A stretch of 37,832 nucleotides of DNA from a virus. Its lineage: Duplodnaviria > Caudoviricetes. Shown piece by piece: positions 8,925-16,949 of this stretch; the first letter of the stretch is position 1, and each line of letters starts with the position of its first letter. The notes beneath the pieces are model-generated. The model had not been told where the DNA came from. It worked only from the letters and a program-made list of their open reading frames with translations, and ran no database searches. The translations under genes and the position numbers were made by a program. The stretch lies in IMG/VR virus record IMGVR_UViG_3300036987_000262, positions 1 through 37,832 of that record; one strand, given 5' to 3'.

Positions 8925-9260
8925 ACTGATTGGGGTCCGGCGCGCAGGAGCGTGCCTACTCTCACATCCTCATAAACCTGGAAGGAAGCCGTACAGGAAA
9001 ACTCATGCCCCCTGATTGCTGGCAGAGGCCCTGTGCCCCCTGAATTGCGGAGCGAAAAGCTCCCGCCCCGGAATTGCCGCCGCATGAAAGGTCCCCCGTG
9101 TATGGGGTTAGGGGAAGCCCGCACGGCGTGTGAGTGCGCCCCAACCTTCCCGCGCGTAACACCCGCGCGCGGCACCCCGGAAGAAGAAGCTCAAGCAGCA
9201 GCAGTTAGGTGGAGAGGCCCCCACTGGCCCTGGAGAGGGCCATCCGGGCCCTCCTCCTAA
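8925..9260. other. ~335 bp GC-rich multi-hairpin non-coding element, copy 2
   Basis: Same stems as 7858-8158, with a different and longer internal segment. Confidence 0.7.
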
Positions 9261-9275
9261 TCATGTAGTAATCTG

Positions 9276-9321
9276 CATAAGTTTAAATATCTAGCTAGCT
9301 TTTATAGTTAGCTAAAGCTAG
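9276..9321 (+). promoter_or_regulatory. TATA promoter (TTTAAATA 9282-9289) with a TAGCTA/AGCT-repeat operator
   Basis: CTAGCTAGCTTTTATAGTTAGCTAAAGCTAG lies between the TATA box and a GGAGG SD. Confidence 0.75.
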
Positions 9322-9334
9322 GAGGTTTTAAAAA

Positions 9335-9520
9335 ATGGGAAGAAACCGGCTATCCGTAACTATTTCAGACGAGGCCAAAGAGGTCCTGGTAGGATACCAG
9401 ATGGATCACAGGATCAAGACAAGAGATGATGCCACAGAAGCCTTGCTATTCGACTATGAGAAACTCTCGAAGAGGGTAAAGGAGCTTGAAGCCCAGCTCG
9501 CCGAAGCAAAGAAAGAGTGA
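9335..9520 (+). CDS. Ribbon-helix-helix-like regulator with a C-terminal coiled coil (copy 2)
   Basis: RLSVTISDEAKEVL...TRDDA; tail VKELEAQLAEAKKE identical to copy 1. Confidence 0.8.
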   Translation: MGRNRLSVTISDEAKEVLVGYQMDHRIKTRDDATEALLFDYEKLSKRVKELEAQLAEAKKE

Positions 9521-9565
9521 TGCCATCAGCTAATGCCTTAAAATCACAAGAAAACCGATTGCAGG

Positions 9566-9766
9566 ATGCAAATGTCTAAACCACTTAGCGCCTACGTCCC
9601 CTGCCTCTACTGCCGGAGGGGGCCGAGGGGAAGCGACCCGAACCCCTGTTCCGGTGTGCGTCACATCCGGTCCTTGCAGGCCGGCGGCTGCTTCCTGGGG
9701 CAAGTCACGCCGGGAAAAGAGAGGCTTCATGCCAGGTTCGTCAAGACCCAGGAGGTGAAAACCTGA
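9566..9766 (+). CDS. Small Cys-rich protein, copy 2
   Basis: Paralog of 8461-8661. Confidence 0.75.
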   Translation: MQMSKPLSAYVPCLYCRRGPRGSDPNPCSGVRHIRSLQAGGCFLGQVTPGKERLHARFVKTQEVKT

Positions 9767-10026
9767 AGATCGAGCGCAGGGACGACCCACAGACTACAGA
9801 GCATGTGATTACGATTACGTTGACTCGTGAAGAGATGGTCCGGGCAAGCGACGAGATGACCCCGGCTGAAAAAGAGACCACCTATCTCATGAGCCAGAGC
9901 CCATTGCTCTCCACCCAAATCTGCTCCCTGGTTGAGATTGCATCCGCCCTTGAGAAGGCCGATGCAAAGACGGCCATGAGCCCGGACGCCCTGATGGATG
10001 ATGAGGAGAATCAGGATGACCGCTAA
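9763..10026 (+). CDS. Hypothetical acidic protein, copy 2 (probable CTG start)
   Basis: Paralog of 8658-8921. Confidence 0.7.
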   Translation: MKIERRDDPQTTEHVITITLTREEMVRASDEMTPAEKETTYLMSQSPLLSTQICSLVEIASALEKADAKTAMSPDALMDDEENQDDR

Positions 10027-10057
10027 ATCCCGCTGCCAGAGCGAGGAGTACAGGTAG

Positions 10058-10456
10058 ATGCAGGCGTTCTTTGTGGCCAGTGAGGAGGCAGACGGCCTTT
10101 ATGGTCCCTACAGCAAGCCGGTTGCAGACCGGGTTTTGAAGATCGTTCGCATGGCCTCGGACGAGACGGCTGAGCTTGAAGTGGCTGAGGTCGACATGTT
10201 CGGCGAGCAGCTCCAGAGCGGCCTTTTGCCCTTCAAGGTTTGTGTGGTTGTGCAACAGGGCAAGGTACAGGATGTGGAGGTCTCGCTCTGCTGGCCTCCG
10301 GTCCCGGAGGGCATCCTGGTCGAGCGAGAGGACTACAGGGAGTACTTTGTCTGGGCCCGGAACCAGAGCGAGGCCAAGACCAGATTGGCTAGCCTGCGAA
10401 AATGCCAGGCTCCGACAGCCGGCGAGGCAGAGGGAGTGGAGATGAATGAAAGCTAA
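10058..10456 (+). CDS. Hypothetical protein (132 aa)
   Basis: ORF in a plus-strand operon with an upstream GAGGAG/AGGT. Confidence 0.75.
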   Translation: MQAFFVASEEADGLYGPYSKPVADRVLKIVRMASDETAELEVAEVDMFGEQLQSGLLPFKVCVVVQQGKVQDVEVSLCWPPVPEGILVEREDYREYFVWARNQSEAKTRLASLRKCQAPTAGEAEGVEMNES

Positions 10457-10468
10457 GAGGCTGATCTA

Positions 10469-10843
10469 ATGCACTACCCAGAAGGTCCATTCTTTTGCGA
10501 CATCTGCGGCCATGGTTTTAAGTATATACATATAATTCGAGTGGTACATAATGAGAATTTCACCCGGATAATCTTACAGCTTCATTGTCATAACGAGAAA
10601 GCCCACGAGGTTATCCCTCATCTGGTCCGAATTTCGGTCCGCGTTGAGAACCTTATTGCACAGGATCTTGACGGACAGGGATGGATGCAAATTCCAGAGG
10701 CTGCAGTTCTCAAAGATTTCGATTACTATGAAGAAAGAAAACAGGACGATTTGATCGATAAAATGGGACCCTGCTATAAATGCATTGATAATTGTCGTGA
10801 CTGTCCGGAGATGCCAAATGGACCTAAGGCAAAAGAAGAGTGA
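10469..10843 (+). CDS. Cys/His-rich hypothetical protein (124 aa), more AT-rich than its neighbours
   Basis: CDICGH, HCH, CYKCIDNCRDC. Confidence 0.7.
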   Translation: MHYPEGPFFCDICGHGFKYIHIIRVVHNENFTRIILQLHCHNEKAHEVIPHLVRISVRVENLIAQDLDGQGWMQIPEAAVLKDFDYYEERKQDDLIDKMGPCYKCIDNCRDCPEMPNGPKAKEE

Positions 10844-10858
10844 GGATGTGTACGCTTC

Positions 10859-11134
10859 ATGAGAACAGATCCTGCCAAGTTGGCAGATAGCCCTGAGATA
10901 AAGGAGATGCGTGCGAAGGCTGACAAAACCGCAGGGGACATCATGCATGAGATGCTGAAGCGCAAGGAGGCACTGCTGAAAGCGGCACTGGAGTACAATG
11001 CTTTTGCCAGTCAGTTCAGCCAAGAGGCCGTAGCAATCGACTTCAAGACCGGCTTGCGCGGCCCGTTCTGCAGGATCGCCCTGACAGAGCCAGGGATGTC
11101 CCTCGATACGGCTGCCGATCCTGGAGAGGGATAG
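10859..11134 (+). CDS. Hypothetical protein (91 aa)
   Basis: Tightly packed operon ORF. Confidence 0.7.
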   Translation: MRTDPAKLADSPEIKEMRAKADKTAGDIMHEMLKRKEALLKAALEYNAFASQFSQEAVAIDFKTGLRGPFCRIALTEPGMSLDTAADPGEG

Positions 11135-11135
11135 C

Positions 11136-11402
11136 ATGAAGCCCATTGACCTCACAGAGGAGGCTAAACGAAAGCTCCGAGAACGGGATGAGGCAATCTC
11201 TGCCTTATTCCCTGCCCCGGACCAGGCCCGCATACGAGAGATAGTGAAAGCCGGCATGAATGAGATGATTGGATACCAACCTGACCCAGAAGAGCACGAG
11301 ATCAGCATCCACCCAGGCCCTGGCACTTGCTGCCCAAAGATGCTGGTGAAAGACGGCATCTGCCAGAACTGCGGCCATCTATGGCCACGAACGATATTGT
11401 AG
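11136..11402 (+). CDS. Hypothetical protein with a C-terminal Zn ribbon (88 aa)
   Basis: CCPK...CQNCGH; GAGGG SD. Confidence 0.7.
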   Translation: MKPIDLTEEAKRKLRERDEAISALFPAPDQARIREIVKAGMNEMIGYQPDPEEHEISIHPGPGTCCPKMLVKDGICQNCGHLWPRTIL

Positions 11403-11554
11403 GCTGGCGGGATTACCGGTGGTGCGTGACCTGCTGTGAGACCTGCAACAATTGGACAGAGCACACCGACCTGCTGGACGGCCACTGCCTGCCTCACGAC
11501 ATGGACACCAAGCCCGGATATTTTTGCAGGCAGTTTGAGAGGGATACGCGATGA
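11381..11554 (+). CDS. Small Cys-rich protein (57 aa)
   Basis: CCETCNNW...GHC...YFC; its stop overlaps the next ATG. Confidence 0.6.
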   Translation: MATNDIVGWRDYRWCVTCCETCNNWTEHTDLLDGHCLPHDMDTKPGYFCRQFERDTR

Positions 11555-11655
11555 CTGATGCCATCTGGGCCCGGAACCAAAGCGAAGCCAAGACCAGATT
11601 GGCTAGCCTGCAGAGAAGCCGGGCCGAGAGCCTTCGGCAGAAAAATCATGACTGA
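11551..11655 (+). pseudogene. Chimeric 34-codon mini-ORF / recombination scar
   Basis: The first 16 nt are identical to the ASCH gene start (11648-11663); 11564-11611 matches 10350-10397 at 46/48. Confidence 0.7.
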
Positions 11656-12052
11656 TGCCATCTTCTCGATCAAGCACCGCTACGCAGAGCGCATTTACAG
11701 CGGCCATAAGTGCGTGGAGTTGCGGCGAACGGCTCCAAAGACGCCCATAGAGCGGGCCTGGATCTACGAAACAGCGCCGGTAAAAAAGGTTACAGGCTGG
11801 TTTGAGCCCGGCCTGATTTATCCAGCGATGGACTGCGAGGCCCTCCTGGAGAGCTTCGGAGAGGAGAAATGCCTGGGGATGCAGATCGCCGGGACCAAGG
11901 AAGAGCGGCTCCTGGCGATGATCGAGGCCCTGGGAGACAAGCCTCTGCATGCAATCAGTATCAAAAGAGCCCAGAGAATACGCCCGGTGGAACTGCGCAT
12001 CCGGCCACCGCAGAGCTGGATGTACTGCATGAAGACAGAAAAGCTCGGTTAG
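11648..12052 (+). CDS. ASCH (PUA-like) domain protein
   Basis: IFSIKHRYAERIYSGHKCVELRR, IYETAPVKKVTG, PPQSW.Y. Confidence 0.85.
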   Translation: MTDAIFSIKHRYAERIYSGHKCVELRRTAPKTPIERAWIYETAPVKKVTGWFEPGLIYPAMDCEALLESFGEEKCLGMQIAGTKEERLLAMIEALGDKPLHAISIKRAQRIRPVELRIRPPQSWMYCMKTEKLG

Positions 12053-12383
12053 AAGTGCCTCCGAAGATACCGGCCTGCCGGAGACGGCACCTTTGCACTC
12101 CCGGCTATCTCGCCGCAGCCGTGACCACCGAGGAGAGAGGGTGGGGTCCGGGGAGGGGGAGAGGAGGACCTTTTTGAACGAGGATGAGAAGTAGGCACGA
12201 GCAGGTGCGTGTTCACTTGGGCCTGGTCCAACCAGCCTGAAGAGAGGGTGACGGTGAGGGTAACAGTCTGCGAGACCACCGAGCCGGCAAAAGGGGAGTC
12301 TAAAACCCTTGCTGTGCCCCCCCGCCCTGCACACCCAGCCCTAGATGCGAGTAACTGGATCTTCAGGATCTGGTTTGCGTTCC

Positions 12384-12569
12384 TTATTCGTCTTCTCCAT
12401 CTTCCTGCTTTTTCTTGAGCTCTTCTTTTCGTTTTGTCAACTCTTCTTTTCGTTTGGCCAGTTTTGGTATTTTTTCGTTTGGTGGGCGTTCTGTGATCTT
12501 AGCCAATTTCTCCCGGTTCATTTTTATCTTTTCTTTCATTGCATCCAGTTTTTCTTTTCTTTTTCCCAT
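12384..12569 (-). CDS. Small, very basic (Lys/Arg-rich) helical protein (61 aa)
   Basis: Starts 2 nt after the stop of the 1005-aa gene, with an AGGTGA SD. Confidence 0.75.
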   Translation of the reverse strand: MGKRKEKLDAMKEKIKMNREKLAKITERPPNEKIPKLAKRKEELTKRKEELKKKQEDGEDE

Positions 12570-12571
12570 CC

Positions 12572-15500
12572 TCAGTCACCTATCCATATTGCGTTGTAAT
12601 TGCTAACAACCTCTTCTGTTATTGGATATTCAAGACATTTTGAGTAAGTATCTGATTGTTCTTTGATGCCCAGTGAGTCCAATGCTGCGTCGAAGTAGTA
12701 CTCAGCTTTGATATATTCCTCCATGGCATTCTGTGCAGCCTGGAGGGCGTCTAGGTAATCTTCGTGATAAGCATCAGCTTCTGCGGCGGCGTTCCGGGCA
12801 TTTTGAAGGTAGGTTGCTGCATCTGCCTGTAGCTGTGTTGTGTCGTGGGCATCATAGATTGATTCTGCCCTGATATAGTCCTCCATGGCATTTTGTGCAG
12901 CCTGGAGGGCAGCCAGGTAAGCTAAATGATAAGCATCAGCTTCTGCGGCGGCGTTCTGGGCATTTTGAAGGTAGGTTGCTGCATCTGCTTGTAGCTCTGT
13001 CGTGTCGTGGGCATCATAGATTGATTCTGCCCTGATATAGTCCTCCATGGCATTTTGTGCAGCCTGGAGGGCGTCCAGATAATCTTCGTGGTAAGCATCA
13101 GCTTCTGCGGCGGCGTTCTGGGCATTTTGAAGATAGGTTGCTGCATCTGCCTGTAGCTGTGTTGTGTCGTGGGCATCATAGATTGATTCTGCCCTGATAT
13201 AGTCCTCCATGGCATTTTGTGCAGCCTGGAGGGCGTCCAGGTAATCTTCATGATAAGCATCAGCTTCTGCGGCGGCGTTCTGGGCATTTTGAAGGTAGGT
13301 TGCTGCATCTGCCTGTAGCTGTGTTGTGCCGTGGGCATCATAGATTGCTTCAGCCGCATCATAATTATCCATCGCCTCATTTACTATTGCCATTGCTTCC
13401 AGGCCATCGTAATATTCGGCTTGATCCAGGCAGGCATTCGCATTTTCTAAATAGGTTGCAGCATCTGCGTAAAGTGAAGTCGGGTCGTATGCATTGTATA
13501 TTGATTCTGCTGAATTGTACTCATTTAATGCATCTTCTGCAATTTGTGTAGCTTCATTGCCCAATGCAAAATAATAGTCTACCTGGCCCATGCAGTCGCT
13601 TGCATTTTGGGTATATGTTGCCTGATCTGCATAAAGTGGAGCCGGGTCGTATGCGTTGTATATTGCTTCTGCTGCATCGTAATTATCCATCGCCTCATTT
13701 ACTATTGCCGTTGCTTCCAGGCCCAGGCCCTCATAATATTCGGCTTGATCCAGGCAGGCATTCGCATTTTCTAAATAGATTGCAGCATCTGCGTAAAGTG
13801 AAGTCGGGTCGTGTGCGTTATATATCACAGCAGCGGCATCGTACTCCGCTAATGCACTTTCTGCAATTTGTATGGCCTGGTTTCCTAAATCATTGTAAAA
13901 ATCTCGATTATCATAACATTCTATTGCAAGATCAAAGCACTGCTCGGCTTCTAAATAGCATTCATCTGCTTCATCGTATTGCCCGTCCTCATAATACTCA
14001 TCCCCGAGTGCAGCCCATTCCATCCCCAGGTCGTAATTCTCATCGCCCAAGTCCTGGTAATCGTTAGCCTCCAGATAGGCCGCTTCTGCTTCATCTAGTG
14101 CCTCGTTTGCAATCGCACTGCACTCTACCATTATATCCCATTGCTCGGCCTGGATATCTTCGCACTCTGAAGCCGTTGCATTTGCTTCTTCTGCTAATGT
14201 TATCCAATCTGCTGCAAGATTGCAGTATTCATTATATGCAATATAAGCTGCATCTGCCTCTCCCTGAGCCTCTTCTGCTATGTTGAGATATTCGTCCATC
14301 AGTTCTTGCTGCTCTGCCTGGATGTCCTCATACAGAGATGCCAAAATTGCTGCTTCTTCTGCCAGGTCAAGCCAATCATTGCATAGATCCAGCCAAGATG
14401 CGGATTCTGCATATGCTGCCTCTGCTTCATCTAATGCATCATTTGCAATATCTTCTGATTCTGTCATGATTGCTTGCTGTTCTGCCTGAATATCTTCATA
14501 CTCTGAAGCAGTTGCATTTGCTTCTTCTGCTAATGCGGTCCAGTCGTCGGCTAGATCACAGTAATCTTGATATTCAGCATAGGCTGCTTCTGCTTCTCCC
14601 TGAGCCTCTTCTGCTATGTCGAGATACTCCGCCATCAGTTCCTGCTGTTCTGCCTGGATGTCCTCATACTCAGCTATCAGAAGCATTGTTTCGTCAGATT
14701 CTGCTTGCCATCCAGCAGCTAAATCGAGATAGTATTCCTCAGACTCAAATGCATCTGCCGCAAGAGCCTGCTGAGCTACTACTATTGCATCGGCTGCATC
14801 CATGAGGGCTCGCTGTTCGGCCTGGATTGCCTGGTATTCTGCGATCGCGTCTAAGGCAGCCTCATACTGGGCCTGCCATCCATCAGCAACTCCCCGGTAA
14901 TATTCCTCAGACTCCAATGCATCTGCGGCAAGAGCCTGCTGAGCTACTACTATTGCATCGGCTGCATCCATGAGTGCTCGCTGTTCGGTCTGGATTGCCT
15001 GGTATTCTGCGATCGCGTCTAAGGCAGCCTCATACTGGGCCTGCCACCCATCAGCAACTCCCCGGTAATATTCCTCAGACTCCAATGCATCGGCTGCAAT
15101 AGCCTGCTGAGCTACTACTATTGCATCGGCTGCATCCATGAGGGCTCGCTGTTCGGCCTGGATTGCCTGGTATTCTGCGATCGCGTCTAAGGCAGCCACA
15201 TACTGGGCCTGCCATCCATTAGCAACTCCCCGGTAATATTCCTCAGATTCTAAACAATCGGCTGCAATAGCCTGCTGAGCTACTACTATTGCATCGGCTG
15301 CGTTCATCAAAAGTTGCTGCTCGTCTAATATCGATTCTTCATTTGCATTTTCGTCTTTTACTTCCTCTAATATTGATCTAAGCGCTTCCAGTTTTGCCCT
15401 GCTGATGCAGGTTATCTCAGTTTTGTTCCACGAGCATTTGCAAAGATTGTGAGCTGGCAGCCTGTAAGGCTCTGTATCTGTGTTTGTTGCATATGTTTTG

Positions 15501-15589
15501 CCCATGTTGTCCAGGCAAGCTGGACATGATCCTGCTTCAGCAGAGCCTTCGTGAATCATTATTGTAATTTCTTCAACTGAGCAGGTCAT
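12572..15589 (-). CDS. 1005-aa acidic alpha-helical repeat protein with an N-terminal MuF-like Zn motif; predicted long antiparallel hairpin
   Basis: N-terminal CPAC...GKTY...LPAHNLCKC, about 8 x 56-aa repeats, a YEDGQY turn, then about 7 x 54-aa repeats; GGAGA SD. Confidence 0.85.
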   Translation of the reverse strand: MTCSVEEITIMIHEGSAEAGSCPACLDNMGKTYATNTDTEPYRLPAHNLCKCSWNKTEITCISRAKLEALRSILEEVKDENANEESILDEQQLLMNAADAIVVAQQAIAADCLESEEYYRGVANGWQAQYVAALDAIAEYQAIQAEQRALMDAADAIVVAQQAIAADALESEEYYRGVADGWQAQYEAALDAIAEYQAIQTEQRALMDAADAIVVAQQALAADALESEEYYRGVADGWQAQYEAALDAIAEYQAIQAEQRALMDAADAIVVAQQALAADAFESEEYYLDLAAGWQAESDETMLLIAEYEDIQAEQQELMAEYLDIAEEAQGEAEAAYAEYQDYCDLADDWTALAEEANATASEYEDIQAEQQAIMTESEDIANDALDEAEAAYAESASWLDLCNDWLDLAEEAAILASLYEDIQAEQQELMDEYLNIAEEAQGEADAAYIAYNEYCNLAADWITLAEEANATASECEDIQAEQWDIMVECSAIANEALDEAEAAYLEANDYQDLGDENYDLGMEWAALGDEYYEDGQYDEADECYLEAEQCFDLAIECYDNRDFYNDLGNQAIQIAESALAEYDAAAVIYNAHDPTSLYADAAIYLENANACLDQAEYYEGLGLEATAIVNEAMDNYDAAEAIYNAYDPAPLYADQATYTQNASDCMGQVDYYFALGNEATQIAEDALNEYNSAESIYNAYDPTSLYADAATYLENANACLDQAEYYDGLEAMAIVNEAMDNYDAAEAIYDAHGTTQLQADAATYLQNAQNAAAEADAYHEDYLDALQAAQNAMEDYIRAESIYDAHDTTQLQADAATYLQNAQNAAAEADAYHEDYLDALQAAQNAMEDYIRAESIYDAHDTTELQADAATYLQNAQNAAAEADAYHLAYLAALQAAQNAMEDYIRAESIYDAHDTTQLQADAATYLQNARNAAAEADAYHEDYLDALQAAQNAMEEYIKAEYYFDAALDSLGIKEQSDTYSKCLEYPITEEVVSNYNAIWIGD
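12686..13333 (-). repeat. 4 x 162-bp coding tandem repeat (54 aa)
   Basis: GTGGGCATCATAGATT recurs at 12845, 13007, 13169 and 13331. Confidence 0.95.
14648..15319 (-). repeat. 4 x 168-bp coding tandem repeat (56 aa)
   Basis: The unit QRALMDAADAIVVAQQA... recurs at 168-bp spacing. Confidence 0.95.
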
Positions 15590-15610
15590 TATTTATCTCT
15601 CCAAAAAATT

Positions 15611-16942
15611 CTATATCTCTTCAATCATGCCATCGAAGAGAGTCAGCTCCATAACATCCCCCCCGAGTCGATTATATTCAAATGCCTTTCCCAGGATACG
15701 CATATTGTACTGTCCATCGTAGGGCTCACTGGTGATGGTGACCCTCACAAAATCGCCTGCCATCAGTGTCCAGTCTGGCAGTGCCCAGATCTTCAGGTAT
15801 CTCTCATCTCCAATCTGGCTTATGGTCGTATGTGCTCGAAATTCCAATTGCGTATCTGCCATGTTTGTTCTATATGGCACAAATTCTTTGTAAATTCCAC
15901 CCGCAAGTGGATCATCCTGGCCAAGCGCTTTCAGGCGTCCCCATCTCTTGGGTGCATACAGAGTATAGTCTATGATACTTGCCGAGCCACGCAGTATTAT
16001 TGAATCGAATCCGAATTTTGTATCATCCATTGTGCCGGTCTCGAAATCAATGAGATCTGCCTCGACGTAAGTTTTTGCAGGCGAGTCATACCACCCGTTG
16101 TAAAGTCTGCCCATCGCTGCATCAAGATTCTGGTCTCCGTCTGCCCGATTTGTGAAGCGGAATTCCAGGCCCTGGTTATCATAGAGCCTTGCAAACGTAG
16201 TCCAGATCCTTTCGTTGGGCACATCCATTCCAGGATCAATCAAGTTGTCTTCTGAGAGGATCCCTGCTTTTAGATGATTGTTCTTCCATCCAATTATGTA
16301 GCACGGATAATTCTGAGGATCTCCCTCTGGCGCAGCTACACCAGTCCTGACATAGAGTCTTTCTGTATCCCTGAACCACTGGTTAATTGCCATCCCTGCC
16401 AGGCTCGCCGCTTTTGTAAGAAGCGTTGCCCCTAAATAAATTACAGGATCTGCTGCAGGAATCCGGGGGGTGTATAGCGCATTCGTGCCCGCCTGTCTCA
16501 TGCAGTATGTCCCTGCTGGAGAGCCTTCATAATATGACACCTCCCAGCCACTTGAGAGGGAACTTGCCTGGAAGAGCAAGCCTTGGGTGGTTACATCGTC
16601 CCCCAACATCTCATCTACAGTAACCGTGCTTGCATAATTCTTTTGGAATGCGTGCCTGTAATTCAACAGTTTTGAGAATCCAGAGCAATGATATTGCTGA
16701 GGCAGCCCAGACTTGAATGAAGGTCTCTTGATGCGGTCGAAAAACCCGCAGAATACAGGCATAGTCTGCCCTGACTTATGGACGTTTATTCTTGCTCTCT
16801 CATCGATCAACTGGCCATCATAACATTTGAAGCTCAGGCTCTGGTGTCCCCCGAGTGGCCAATCTGCTCGGTATTCGGTTGGATTAAGTTCTATCACCGA
16901 TGCGTCCGGGTTTGTTACCGTGAATAATAATCCTGTTGCCAT
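15611..16942 (-). CDS. Putative tail hub / baseplate-hub-like protein
   Basis: 443 aa, beta-rich; position after the neck genes; hub-like patterns VFCGFF.RI, C.GFS.LL and a C-terminal LMAGDFVRV...MRILG...MELTL. Confidence 0.55.
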   Translation of the reverse strand: MATGLLFTVTNPDASVIELNPTEYRADWPLGGHQSLSFKCYDGQLIDERARINVHKSGQTMPVFCGFFDRIKRPSFKSGLPQQYHCSGFSKLLNYRHAFQKNYASTVTVDEMLGDDVTTQGLLFQASSLSSGWEVSYYEGSPAGTYCMRQAGTNALYTPRIPAADPVIYLGATLLTKAASLAGMAINQWFRDTERLYVRTGVAAPEGDPQNYPCYIIGWKNNHLKAGILSEDNLIDPGMDVPNERIWTTFARLYDNQGLEFRFTNRADGDQNLDAAMGRLYNGWYDSPAKTYVEADLIDFETGTMDDTKFGFDSIILRGSASIIDYTLYAPKRWGRLKALGQDDPLAGGIYKEFVPYRTNMADTQLEFRAHTTISQIGDERYLKIWALPDWTLMAGDFVRVTITSEPYDGQYNMRILGKAFEYNRLGGDVMELTLFDGMIEEI

Positions 16943-16949
16943 TTTTACC

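Larger units (their letters stand above)
8925..10021 (+). repeat. Tandem duplication unit 2
   Basis: Collinear with 7858-8916. Confidence 0.95.

Noticed and set aside
10574-11497. 307-aa minus-strand ORF (and 11603-12334)
   Set aside because: These are antisense shadows of a tightly packed plus-strand operon that has SD sites and recognisable motifs.
12572-15589. Conventional tape measure protein
   Set aside because: It lies after the hub with no tube or chaperone genes, is extremely acidic, lacks the usual Ala/Gly/Leu amphipathic and TM segments, and has mirror symmetry. A ruler role is not excluded.
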